A stretch of 64,000 nucleotides of DNA from Oopsacas minuta (Eukaryota; Animalia; Porifera), in assembly GCA_024704765.1 (NCBI GenBank), contig JAKMXF010000309.1, positions 287,887-351,886 on the forward strand. Direction: 5' to 3'. Of this stretch, positions 37,265 through 48,882 are shown in pieces; the stretch's first letter is position 1, and every line of letters begins with the position of its first letter. The notes beneath the pieces were generated by a model. It did not search any database and was not told where the DNA came from. It was given only the letters and a program-made list of their open reading frames with translations. The translations under genes were made by a program, and so were the position numbers.

Positions 37265-37392
37265 ACAGTAAAATCTTCACAAAGGGAACTTCTGGTGAAT
37301 AAACCTAATTCCTAGCCCCATATAATGAACCTAGGGGAAACGAGGTAGCATTCCTTGACGACCCTCGCACCCCGTTTGTGGAGGTTACACTG
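37265..37392. mobile_element. MITE family C
   Basis: TA|cagtaaaatcttcacaaa ... tttgtggaggttacactg|TA. Confidence 0.8.
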
Positions 37393-37687
37393 TAACATAC
37401 GTACATAATATTCATACCATGTGGGTGTCACAATTCGCAAATTAAAACTAGCGTTTCCAATAGCCTAGCTTTATAAATCGCACAAACATGGATTGCAGTT
37501 CATTTGATGTTTGTTATATGTTCATTATTGATGTAAAGAGAAAACGGTATAACTTAAAACTGATAATATTTAGGATAAATGTAAAAATATTTTACATTTA
37601 CGATCATGTTTGTGATAAATATATATATATAGTATCATTAGAACTCATGCTATGTACATTTGTAATGAGAAAAATACGAACCAGTTT

Positions 37688-40600
37688 TTAATCTTCACCA
37701 TTAGCATCTGTAGTCATTCTTGTCTCTTCCTGCGGTTTTTCACACTTGGGTAAACTCGGAATTTCGCCGTTTTCAGTTGGAAGCTTGGCTGCATCGTTCG
37801 CTTTTACTGCCTCACTATTATTGAGAAGACATGACGTCAATTCATGTACTTGTAAATCATCAATTTCTAGAAAATTCTCTCCACACTTACAATTCAATTT
37901 TCCTGCATTAGAATTAGTTTTCTTCAATAACTGAGCATTTAATGGAATATCCCAATTAATCCTACGTACATCTATGCTATGAAACGCGAAAAGATGAGAT
38001 TCTAACTCCATGAACTGCGCGTCATCATTGCAAATTGGGCAAGGGGTCACACGGAGTCCGCAGGTGGTCTCATGCTGGTGTATCTCATCCATAGGGAACG
38101 AAAGGTTACACCATTTATGTGTACATTTAATAGTGCGCTTTACACAAGAATTCAATTGATGAGCGTTTAGTTCGTATTGTGTATATACCTTACCACAACA
38201 GCATGTTAATTGCTTATGCATTATAAATGAGTGTTTCTCCTTAGTAACGAATGGAATGCATTCATTACAATCGGGACAGCGATATGTTGATAGCTTGCAA
38301 TGACGTTCATGCATAGCTAACCGGAGTGGAGGCATGTATACACCACAATGTGTGCATTGCACATGAGTATTTGGGTGGGTGTTCACGAGTTCATCAAGTG
38401 AATTGGTGGTTAATGGGCGTAGCTTGTTGCCTTGCTCCACACGACGAAGTCCTAGAAATGTAAATTGATAAATAAGATAACAACCTCGAATGTTTGGTAG
38501 CTTGAGTATTTAGCAATTTTGCGAAGGACATTTTTTGAACAAACGCAGGCGATCCAAAAATCTGGCATACCCTGGTTCAGTGTTGCCAGATGTGCGGACA
38601 GTTCAGCTAATCTTCGTGGTTAACGCCAAGGCAAGATCATGTCAAAAATTAATAGTTCATACCTCGTTCATGATAAAAGTAAAAGTTCATGCAAAACCAA
38701 ATCTGTAAACTTTGGCAACACTGGGACGGGGCCTTGTGGAAACGAAAATAAATAAAGGATATTCCTAGTCCCATGCAAATGTACCTCCACAAACAGGGAA
38801 TTTTTCGGCGTCTCTGGCACACCGTTTGTGGAGGTCCCATTGTACTACAGTCTTTATAACATGTAGCTTACCATTAGGAGACATCTGTAAGCCATCATCT
38901 CTATGAAAACAAATACTAAATACACTAGCTTGTGTAAAACTCATTACACCAACATATATAGATTCTTTCGGATTAAACAGCTGATCAGTGGAACTTAAAC
39001 GTAATTCCTTACAACCTACATCCTGACTACACCATTGGTATAATACTTGTGATGGTGCAGTGTGTGTTTGTGATACATAAAGATCTGGATCGCCTTTTTC
39101 AACGGTTAAAGAGATTCGTATTCGCTCTGGGTGATTGTTATTTGGCATGTAGAGTAACACGAAATGTCTATACATTCCTAATGCCAGTTTACACTGCTTT
39201 GGGTAACCAAGGTATAGTCGTTGAGCTTGTCCCTCCTCTGGACTGTACAGTTCATTACAATCAAGAGGTTCTATTATATCAGTGCTAATATCCGCGTTTA
39301 CAATGCAAATACCATCTGCTGGCTTACAATTCAACACTTTCAAGCTATATTTATTCATTTCGTATTGAACTTCTATTCGCATACCAACTGTTAAGTTTTG
39401 ATACTTTTTAAGCCAAAATTCTAGAATTTCCGTGCGTTTTTCATACGGGATACTTAGCCAAGCGCTGGAGAGAGGCTGCAACCGACAGAACACACCCTTC
39501 GGTATGTCTTCATGCTTGAACTCCACCTCTTCACCCTCTGCAATACCCAGGTGATGGAATATCCACTTCGGAATGTATGCAACATCAATTTGGGTACTAG
39601 TGAATTCAAGTACACCGACAAATAGCTTTTGATTCGTTTTCAAATTTGTTAGAGAGAATGTGATTGGATATTGGAAATTATTCCGCTCGCATATTACTAG
39701 GATGGAAGGTGATAATATAATCTTGTCGGATGGGTGGGGGATATCTCTGCCAATTTCTTTATCAGAAAGACAAGTTAACTTTTGTGGGAAGGTAAGATCT
39801 GTAGCGTTAAATGGTATCATCCCTTGTTGATGGGTGTGGCTGTAAGGACATTGGTCGCCTTTGCGGCAGAACCCTGACATGAAATATGGGCATGGATCTC
39901 CTGGTTGTGGGGAGGTGATTGACTCATTTGAGTCTAAACTTATATCAGAGTTGTAGAAGGTGGAGTATGGGTTGAGTGGGGGTGTTGATGCGTCGCTACG
40001 GACAGGGCTAACACGAGGGGAGAGAGTCTCAGGGGATGTATGGTCAAATGGGGGTGTGGTCAAGGTGGATAAGGGTGGAGGTGATTCAGGGGATACACAA
40101 CGTAGAGAAGAAGGGGAATTGTTTTCTGGGGTGCAGGTTGCGCGGGGCTTTTGGTCAAGTGTATCGTTGAGGAAGTTTATGAGTGTCGGTGAGATATTTC
40201 GTGGTATTGATTTACTGAATGTAAAGTCTGGGCTAGAGCATGCGGCTATTTGTTCGCTAGAGATAGAACGAATTATTGGAGCGCCAAGGAAATCTAGAAT
40301 AGTATAGAATATTTGTAAATTTGTTTGTCTGTCTGTGTTTGTTGGCTTATTTACTTATTTGTTCCTTGATCGCTAGTTTGTTTGTTTGCTTGTTCGTTTG
40401 TTTACTACTTTGATTGTTAGTTTTTTTATTGTTTGCTATTTTGATGACTAATTTGTTTGTTTGTTTATGTATTTGTTAATTCACCGGTTCCCAGCCTGGG
40501 GTGCGAGGAGCCCTTGGCCTGGTGGTCCACGGGTGAAAAAGGTTGGGAACCGCTGACTAATGTGATAATTTACATAAACTTACCAGTAGAATTCATAATA

Positions 40601-41630
40601 TGCTTCCCAACAGTCGTCTTAGTACTATCCATAACTTCCATAGAATTACTTCTGCGTAGTCCACCACCAGGTTTATCAATAGTAAAATCTATAGACGTTA
40701 AATCTCCTAAACATGAGAGATTTAAATTAGGAAATACACTATTATTCTGATAGGATTCTGAAAATGAATGTGGACGTTGATGCCGAGGTAATAGCGGTGC
40801 TGTATAATCCTGTTTAGAGCGGACAATACTGTCATCTGAGCTTAGAAAATCTGCGTTTTGTAACACGTCAAAACTGAGATCTTTCGCGATCTCTTGTGTG
40901 TAGATACGTGAGTCGAGTTGGTCCTTTGTGAGGTGTTCTTTTTCGCAGAATATCATAATTGGACAATAGTTATTAGCCAGGAAATATTGACATGTGTTTG
41001 CTTTTAAAAGTTGAATAAGTAAAGTCAATTCTTTTTCGCGTTTTCGAATGAGTTCTTCGTTATCAATTGGGGAGTTTAAAATCGCGGTTTTCGACACTTT
41101 GGTTGTACTAAATGGATCGAAATCTCTATCAGGGTTTCCAGTAGATAAACCAACGCTCAATTTAGGGAAAGCACCCCTGAGAAGTTCGATGAGATCCTGC
41201 CGGTCATAAAGTGATCCAAAACTACAAATTAAATATTCAGTTACGAATGTTAACAGAGGGTAACTACCGTCTTCTATTTGTAACGACACTAAGGATGTTA
41301 GATGGAAACCTAAAATAACAAACAAATAATTCATAATTTGTTGAATTAAGAGTTGGCAAGTATGAATCTATCAAGATTCAACTAACCCATATCATATATA
41401 TTTGACTTAGAAATAAAGTATACCATCTCAGTAGTAATATACAGCATACCAGGACATGACGTCATTGAATCGCACTTAATACAACTGCATGCTCTTAGTA
41501 TCAGTTCATCTGCCTGATAACCTTGTCTGTATAAGTTCTCTAAGGTAGTTTGGTCAAGTTTGGAGGATGGTTTGTAAGGTTCTGAGGTTGATACGTGTGT
41601 ACATGTGGATGTAGTACTGCTAAAAGCCAT
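37688..41630 (-). CDS. GRAM - CCCH zinc finger - UFD1-like - PPC-like - TRAF-type zinc finger protein; 4 exons 41630-41387, 41309-40584, 40293-38872, 38451-37688, 1051 aa
   Basis: All three phase-1 GT-AG joins are in frame (3156 nt total). GRAM-like CSC..PGMLYIT..VYF, C-x7-C-x5-C-x3-H finger, UFD1 motifs (DKIILSPS, VGVLEF, RLQP), GDPDLYVS and six C2HC/C2H2-type knuckles. Confidence 0.75.
38703..38842. mobile_element. MITE family C in intron 3 of the GRAM-UFD1 gene
   Basis: Shared internal motifs (attcctagtccc, tttttcggcgtc) and right TIR. Start approximate. Confidence 0.7.
40482..40555. mobile_element. MITE family B, short copy
   Basis: caccggttcccagcct ... aggttgggaaccgctg. Confidence 0.8.
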
Positions 41631-41670
41631 AGCTAGTATGTATTCTTTGAAATAATACAAAGTTAATGTG

Positions 41671-41868
41671 AATTCCTTAATGGTCACCATGGAAACATAA
41701 GATCGTTTATTAGAAAGTATTCTTTCACAGGGAATTAAATGCTAAAGTAAATTCCTTAATGGTAACCATGGAAACATAAGATCGTTTATTAGAAAGTATT
41801 CTTTCACAGGGAATTAAATGCTAAAGTAAATTCTTTGAATGGTAACCATGGAAACATAAGATCGTTTT
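41671..41868. repeat. 79-bp tandem repeat (~2.5 copies), each unit carrying an RFX X-box-like motif
   Basis: Units start at 41671, 41750 and 41829. GT(C/A)ACCATGGAAAC occurs at 41683, 41762 and 41842. Confidence 0.9.
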
Positions 41869-42036
41869 AGTTACTAAATAAGCCATAGTAATGTATTATT
41901 TCAAAACGAATTTATGTTTTCGTATATTCCTGAATTGTAACCATGGATACATGACAGCTGTCAGAACCAAAGAAAACCTTCTGGCAAGTTCGAGTGAGGA
42001 AATTTCGTACGTCAAAACACATATTTTTTGTTACAA

Positions 42037-42996
42037 CTAATCAAATGGTAAACAATTTGCAGAAACTTTAAGTAGATGACTTGATTTATTAAATTTAGCC
42101 GCTACACTAGTCTCATCAACTTGTTGTTCAAGCTTAACAGACAATTCATAGTGTTCACTACGTAGATACAATTCATCTGCCGAAATATGTAAATCCAATT
42201 CACTTACTGTGTTAATTTTCGGTAGAGTTATACATAATTTTAACAAGTTGATGTTTTCGTGTTTTATAATGTTAGATGAGTATAGTGGTATTTCTTTCGC
42301 GATATTTTCAACCGGAAGTTCTTCAATTAAAGTTTTTTCGGTTGATTTGGTATTCTCTGAGTTGTTAAGATTTATTTTCATGAGATTATCAATCATTTCT
42401 TTATTAGAAATATCGTCTTGCTCCTTTGTTGTATATTTCTCTGGTATAGATTTCCTATATATAATCTCGTATAGCCAATTTGAACTAATGGCTGGATCAC
42501 CCTTACAAGCTGATTTTAACCGCGAAAATTCCAATTCTATATTCAATTTCCGCACGTCCTTGACATATGTTAAAACCAACTCAAAAAGTTGTTGTAAATC
42601 GGTTTTATCCTTACAACATTCTGAGTATACTTTTGGATTAACCGCAACTGTAATAACGAAATGATCGGTTCCTCCTGTTGATAATATTTTCAAATCCGAG
42701 CAAGTCATTGGTATAGGCGAAGTGTCAGTTTTCGGTTCTCCTATTTGTTTCCATGTAAAAATATTCACATATAAGAATTTGGATATTGATTTATTCGGTG
42801 CTGTGTGAAATTCAGTGCGAATGCATGCTTCGCTTTTCGGCTTTGTGAATAGTTCAGCTCCCTGCTCCATATTTTGTTGTATAAAATTTTTGTAAGCATT
42901 TGGATCTTGTTCAGCTAAATCATCTAACATTTCCCAAATTTGTGAGGCTTGTTTAGGGAAAAGCGATGGATCCATTGAGTCAAATTTGTGCGCCAT
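42037..42996 (-). CDS. PIH1D2: PIH1 domain-containing protein 2, intronless
   Basis: QIWEMLDDLAEQDPNAYKNFIQQ, LYVNIFTWKQI and C-terminal CS domain (LPKINTVSELDLHIS, AAKFNK). Confidence 0.85.
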   Translation of the reverse strand: MAHKFDSMDPSLFPKQASQIWEMLDDLAEQDPNAYKNFIQQNMEQGAELFTKPKSEACIRTEFHTAPNKSISKFLYVNIFTWKQIGEPKTDTSPIPMTCSDLKILSTGGTDHFVITVAVNPKVYSECCKDKTDLQQLFELVLTYVKDVRKLNIELEFSRLKSACKGDPAISSNWLYEIIYRKSIPEKYTTKEQDDISNKEMIDNLMKINLNNSENTKSTEKTLIEELPVENIAKEIPLYSSNIIKHENINLLKLCITLPKINTVSELDLHISADELYLRSEHYELSVKLEQQVDETSVAAKFNKSSHLLKVSANCLPFD

Positions 42997-43142
42997 AGAA
43001 GTGAGAGATTTCGCGATGTAAAAGTGTGATAGGCTAACGAGTAAGGGAATTGTAATTTCCACGTATTAACCGAATTTGTATCAACTAAATCTACTGAACT
43101 AATTTTTAAACCAATCTCAAAATTCGTAAATTTAAATCGTAT

Positions 43143-44622
43143 TTATTCAATCATTTCTACAATAGGCAGATTAGCTGAGCGATCATAACTTATTAATAAT
43201 CTACAATCGAGTGATTTAAGTGTATTTTGACAGGAAATAAACCCATTTTTACCTCTCAGTTTCTGGAAAGGGTTTAGTTTATTAGGTTCTATTACTTCTT
43301 TAAACTCACGGCCTGAGAATCCAATTAATTTTTCCAGAACTTGATCTGAAAATCTAATATCCAATTTCGTGTTTTCTCTGTCTATAAGTTTTGCTTTTAA
43401 CTGCCAGGCTAGTGCTGGGGTGGTGTCAAGTTTCGAGATAAGTGTGAATACCTTACAGTGTGTATATGCTAGACAATTCTGTGATTGACTTATGGCGTGT
43501 GAAATTTCGCGAAGAGTGAGAGTTGGAGGAGAGGATGGTTCGAGTTCAACTTTCGGCTAAAAAAAGAAAAATTGCATACTTACCAAGCCCTGTCAAATAT
43601 TTTCCGGGACATACCGGTATCCCCGGTTGGTAGTATGGAATTGTATATTTGGCTTGGAAAATCGCATTTTAAGTTGTTTTCAAATTAATTGAAAATAAAG
43701 TTACCTCAAAATCCTCATCCATAATATCAGATAATGATATGTCATCTCCAATCAGCTGTTCATCAACAGCTTGATCTATTGCTTCATCTAACCAAGCTTC
43801 ATTAGCTATACTCATCTCATTAATACTGGGATTTTCTACTATTTTATCATCTGATATTATTATTGGACCTGTTGATAATGTTGTCGTTGTTGTTGTTGTT
43901 AGTGGTGGTGGTACAGTAGGTGTTGCTGAAGGTAATGGTGCTGTTGATGAGTTAGGGCCAGGGAGGTCTAGTTGTATGTCAAGTTCCCTTGATAGAAGTG
44001 GAAGTATAGAGTTATCTTCAATCAATTTCTCAACACTGCCTCCTAAAAAATTCGAGATTTGAAAGGGGTACCAAGTATGAAATAGGAATAAATACTTACC
44101 TAAAACATTCACATTACTTCCCTCAAGCAAGACAAACCCATTTCTAACAGGAATCATACCCTTGATAACAATTTTCGCCCCTGGCAACACATTGGGTGTC
44201 AAGGAATGTATAGGTTTGTACTCAATACCATATATGGTAGTGTTACCATCAGTTAACTCGAGTAAGTACATTCGCTTCGTAGGGACATCGGAAATCTTGT
44301 CTGTCTCAAGCTCAGATATAGAAACTTTGTCTCCTAACTTCAAATATTGTTGATATTTTGATGTTGATATATCGAGTAGTTTTGTCAACTGTAAAGTGTA
44401 GCTCATATGAAATACTCTAGTTATAGCGCGTATATCGTGTGGGAGAAATGGCTGGGAAGATTCTGTTATGTGTGTTATAAGCCATTTTTCGTATAGTCGG
44501 ATTGATTGTGGTTTGGAGCTTATTTCACGAAGAGATGGGAGTATTTTCGCGAGCCAGTCGTTACGTAAACAAAGGTTTGTTTGTTGTCTAAATGAATTTG
44601 ATAGTTCTTGCAATTCAGCCAT
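43143..44622 (-). CDS. RMI1: RecQ-mediated genome instability protein 1; 3 exons 44622-44100, 44042-43705, 43556-43143, 424 aa
   Basis: KRMYLLELTDG..YGIEYKPI..L..PGAKI OB fold, and C-terminal OB (WQLKAKL..DIRFSDQVLEKLIGFS). Joins are in frame. Confidence 0.88.
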
Positions 44623-44894
44623 CAAATTAAGATGAAATCACTCAATTACGTCACCAAATCATTAAGTGTATGGCTAAGAAATAAAAGAATTCATAAGGTA
44701 GCTTAGCAACGATTTGGTTGATTGGAATGCATTCTTTTACACCCTCATAATAAATTCAAAACACAATATACTATTGTAATTTATTGAAAACTGATCTAAC
44801 GTATTTGTGAATGGGGTATACTTGTACATATAATAAACTCTCATTTACATTCCAAAACCCTATATTGTAACTAAGCAGTTCGGAGTGATTATAA

Positions 44895-46673
44895 CTACAC
44901 AATTTGTCTATAGAAGAGGAGATAAGCTGTACGTTTTGCTTGATGTTTTAGGACGAAGTCTTCAGTTATAGGATGTATTTCCCGATCGTCAGTGAGTATC
45001 CATTGGTGAGAAGAATCGCAGAATATAGCGCTTGTATAGTGGCCGCCAGTCGCGGACTCACCGTGATGGTAGACGACTGCGATTAGCTTGTAGGTAACAG
45101 GACCTTTATCGCGAAATTCGTGTGATAATAACGATAGAGGGAGTGTGAGTTTCGCGGGATAATCAATCTGTTTTGACACCTTATAACAAGTATCCGCTAC
45201 AAAATTAAATCTTTTCATATGCAGAATCAAAACAGCTGGTAACTTGGATAAATTTTGTTTTCTATGTACTGTTGTTTCGTTAGAATTCGCATCGATGAAT
45301 CCGGCAACTTCTTCCGGTTTTAATAAACCGGATATAGCTTGTTGTATTGTCGTGACGTCAACTTGTTGCATGTCAAGTTGTAGAGAGAAGAAAGGTTGGT
45401 GAGTGACTGAATCTTTGGACTTTGATAAGTGAATTGATGAACGAATTTCGCCGCAGAATATCTGCGAAATTGGAGAGTTATTTATGAAATTTCGTCGTGT
45501 CGATGCGGTTTTGTTCCGCTTCCCAACTTCGAGCCATTCGTCATCGGTTATCGCAGTTTCAATTTCATATATCTGAGATTGGATATTAGCATCCTTTTTG
45601 TATATTTCAATTACGAATGACATTTCTTCATGGAGCTTCTGTAAAATAAATCCAAGAAATTCTTCTGAATCTTCTTGCCTACGTAGAGACAAATTTTGCG
45701 GCTGTAGCTTTTTAATCATATTATATATGTATATGGGTTCAATAGGGGTGGGAATTGGTTTAATTTGTGGGGCTTTACGAGTTTTCCCTGAGGTGACAAA
45801 AACCGGTATTTTAATTGTAGCATAATCGTGTAGAAATAGAATTAAACTGTCGAAAACTGGTGTAGCTGATGGTTTGGTTGAAAGTGACGGAAATGGTTCG
45901 AATGATTGTATCAAGGTAGAAAATTCACTACAGGAACAGAGGGCTTGTAAAGCCGCATGAACATAGCATAAATTCCCGCGGTTTATCAAGCCACGCGGTT
46001 GTGGTGACTCCTTCGCAACCAAATTGGTCGTTAGGAATGTGTAAAGACGTTGCCCTTTATCTATAGCATCTATTCGATCTATTGAATTTGTTTGTGTATC
46101 ACCGTTTGAGTTTTGTTTACCTTTTTTAGGTGTTATTGTTGTTTGATTGTCGAACAGACTGCTCCATATCTTCGTGCATTTATTATCGGTCTTTGGTTCT
46201 TGAATTTTCGGTGACGTAATACCATTTTTGGAAGTGTGTGAACTTCTGCTTTTTGTGTTCTCATTTGGTATGTGTGAATTTTCGCGAATAATTTCAATAT
46301 TATTCACGGCTTTTTCTTGTCTACCAAGTGTCATTGTTTGAGATTGATGGATCAACGGTTGTCGCGAGGTGGAAATAATCGGTAAAGGCAATATTTCATG
46401 TGAATAATCAGATTGACAAATTGGAGTTTTATTTGAAATTTGAACCACTGTGTTACCGAAATTATCTGCGGTGTTTTTCGCGGATTCTTGTGAAGATTTT
46501 CTCATATGAATGAATAATGGATTGTTGAAGTATATATAAGAACAGTTGCCTTTCTCAATGCGAAATTTAACACTTGGAGTTTGTGATATAAGCTTTAATG
46601 ATTCATCAGGACGGAAATTTCCGAATTGGCAAAATTCCAATAAATTGGCTGCATGGCCATTTTGATCTGTCAT
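44895..46673 (-). CDS. USP10: Ubiquitin carboxyl-terminal hydrolase 10, intronless
   Basis: PRGLINRGNLCY Cys box, RQEDSEEFL, QPFFSLQLDM, His box VVYHHG....GGHYT and an N-terminal FGNF motif (FGDF-like). Confidence 0.88.
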   Translation of the reverse strand: MTDQNGHAANLLEFCQFGNFRPDESLKLISQTPSVKFRIEKGNCSYIYFNNPLFIHMRKSSQESAKNTADNFGNTVVQISNKTPICQSDYSHEILPLPIISTSRQPLIHQSQTMTLGRQEKAVNNIEIIRENSHIPNENTKSRSSHTSKNGITSPKIQEPKTDNKCTKIWSSLFDNQTTITPKKGKQNSNGDTQTNSIDRIDAIDKGQRLYTFLTTNLVAKESPQPRGLINRGNLCYVHAALQALCSCSEFSTLIQSFEPFPSLSTKPSATPVFDSLILFLHDYATIKIPVFVTSGKTRKAPQIKPIPTPIEPIYIYNMIKKLQPQNLSLRRQEDSEEFLGFILQKLHEEMSFVIEIYKKDANIQSQIYEIETAITDDEWLEVGKRNKTASTRRNFINNSPISQIFCGEIRSSIHLSKSKDSVTHQPFFSLQLDMQQVDVTTIQQAISGLLKPEEVAGFIDANSNETTVHRKQNLSKLPAVLILHMKRFNFVADTCYKVSKQIDYPAKLTLPLSLLSHEFRDKGPVTYKLIAVVYHHGESATGGHYTSAIFCDSSHQWILTDDREIHPITEDFVLKHQAKRTAYLLFYRQIV

Positions 46674-46918
46674 TGCTAGTGTAAAAGTTTAAAGAGATAG
46701 TTAGGACACCATGGATTTAGGGAATTTCATAACATATACACAAAAAAATTCGAAAAAACACAGAAAATAAGCCAATATAAGTATTTGAAAAATACACTCA
46801 AGAAATGTATACAAAAATAATGCAAAAATAAATCAACGCAATTATACAAATATGAGCCAAATTTAAAATATAAATTAATGAAATAATCTTATCTACAAAA
46901 ACTACACTAATTCTCTCT

Positions 46919-48500
46919 CTATGGAGAGGTGGGAGAAGCTACCTCAAAGCTCTCACAAGAACCATCATGGAATAGATCGGAATTAAAACATATATAATGA
47001 CTATTAATAGGGAGCTTAACACTGGAGAACTTAGGAGGGAGACAGTCAACTTGAGCTTGACCTAAGAACATTATCTGAGACACGGCGTTCTCTGTTTGGA
47101 GTTTTTTCTCATACTTTACGAGTAAATTATGGCTACTAAGAGCTAGTTCATTCTGATCTACAGTACGGTCTACTACCTCGTAGTCAAGAGGGATAAACTC
47201 ACTTGTAGTTGAGCTGATAACTCGAATGTCTGTTACTACTATCTGATCTGATTCAGGAATTTCATGAAGAGATCTAAGGGAGAATGGAATGAAGATGTCT
47301 GTTATAACAAGCATCCTCTGGAAAACTGTTCTAATTTCTGAGCCAAAAATTGAAAATTCACAGATTCCCATAAACCCATAATTCAAATCTTTACACAGTG
47401 GATGCTGGTTATAAGAACACCCTTGGGAGAATCAATACATGTTCTTATAACCGGAATAAAATACAATGACAGGAATTACGGACTCTACACGCCAAATTAC
47501 CCCTGACAACATATTGAAACATAATCTCTAGCATGCTTATGAATTTACATAGAAAGGTGTGCAAATCTCCAACCCAGAATGTATATGCGTAACAATTTTC
47601 ATGTTCATTGGACTGCTAGATTTCGCACTGCCGCGGGGACGGATGTACGGATGTCGCACATCGTCAATGCCATTAGGGCATCTCCCTAAAGGAGCTGAAC
47701 TAAAATATATCTTAACGTCATAAACCCTACCTTTTAGAAGTTCCCTCTTTTATACTCAATGCATCCATGGTCTGTCGAGTGTAACACAAATATCTTTTAG
47801 GCTTAGCCGAAAATATCCTTAGTTTTAAGTTTTCCCATAAATCAACCTCTTTCCCACCAGCTGTTGAATCCAGTGCGGTATAACCGACCGGAATTGTCGA
47901 CTTATTTGATACTATTTTAATATCTGTAATGGGGCGAACTTGAGATGTGCTTTGAAGTTTGACATGTCTTATGAGACTTTTTCGACGTTCTGTGTCCAAA
48001 AATTGTAAAGGAATTTTTTTGATATTTTCGCTGATATTGTGTATGTAAGAATCGAGTGATTCCATAGCTTGTGTATTTTCAAATGTTGCCTCATCAGTTG
48101 ATGTTATGAGTTGTATCATATCAATTTTCGCCAGAATGCTATCCAAATGTTCACATTGCAAACTAATATGAGGGCAGTTGTCGGGAATAATTAATTCCGA
48201 CATTCGTGCTTCTATATTATGCACCATGTCCTCACTTATTTCCATTATATGATTCAATTTTTCTTTGTTCGCAATATTGTTAAGACGTTCTTTGAACCGT
48301 TTTAGTTCTGATAATCTTTGTAAACGATTGTCGTTATTTTGTTTATATTCATAGCGAATTCTATCAAAAATACCAAGGATACTTTTCCGCTTGTCTTCTA
48401 TTGAGGTGAATAGTTTCTCAAATAGTTCGATGATTTCGTTTTCTTTTGAGCTGAAATATAATTCCGTATCGATAGTTCCCTCAATCAGCTGTTCGGCCAT
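46919..48500 (-). CDS. MABP-domain (MVB12-like) protein with N-terminal coiled coil; 2 exons 48500-47731 and 47273-46919, 374 aa
   Basis: PITDIKIVS....PVGY..LD.TAGG.EVDLW....RYLCY and VVTDIRVI..IPLDYEVVDRTVD beta-prism repeats. Phase-2 join is in frame. Confidence 0.75.
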
Positions 48501-48623
48501 TATACAATGTTACTGCTAATCGCGAAATTTGACAAATCGTGAGGTTAGATTGACAAATAAAGTGTTTAGACATCCATGGTACAGTAATATTAAATGCAAG
48601 ACTATGGACGAAATACTGCATTT

Positions 48624-48741
48624 CACCGGTTCCCAACCTCTCCTCCGTAGACTCCTTAATACAAATTTGGAGATCTTATAGATTCCATTCTCTTGTCCGT
48701 GGACCACCAAGGGGGGAATGGACCCAGGTTGGGAACAGCTG
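48624..48741. mobile_element. MITE family B
   Basis: caccggttcccaacct ... aggttgggaacagctg. Confidence 0.8.
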
Positions 48742-48882
48742 TTATATTTCTGCAATGAAATATGCAACAATTGAATAAATTCTTTCTGTGAACCATGGAT
48801 AATAACAACCACAAATGCCATAACATATTATAATACAAATAAATAAACACCAATATAGAAAATAAAATTTTCTAACACATAT

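Noticed and set aside
41671-41868. CRISPR-like appearance of the tandem repeat
   Set aside because: The intervening sequences are identical rather than unique spacers, there are no cas genes, and the context is eukaryotic.
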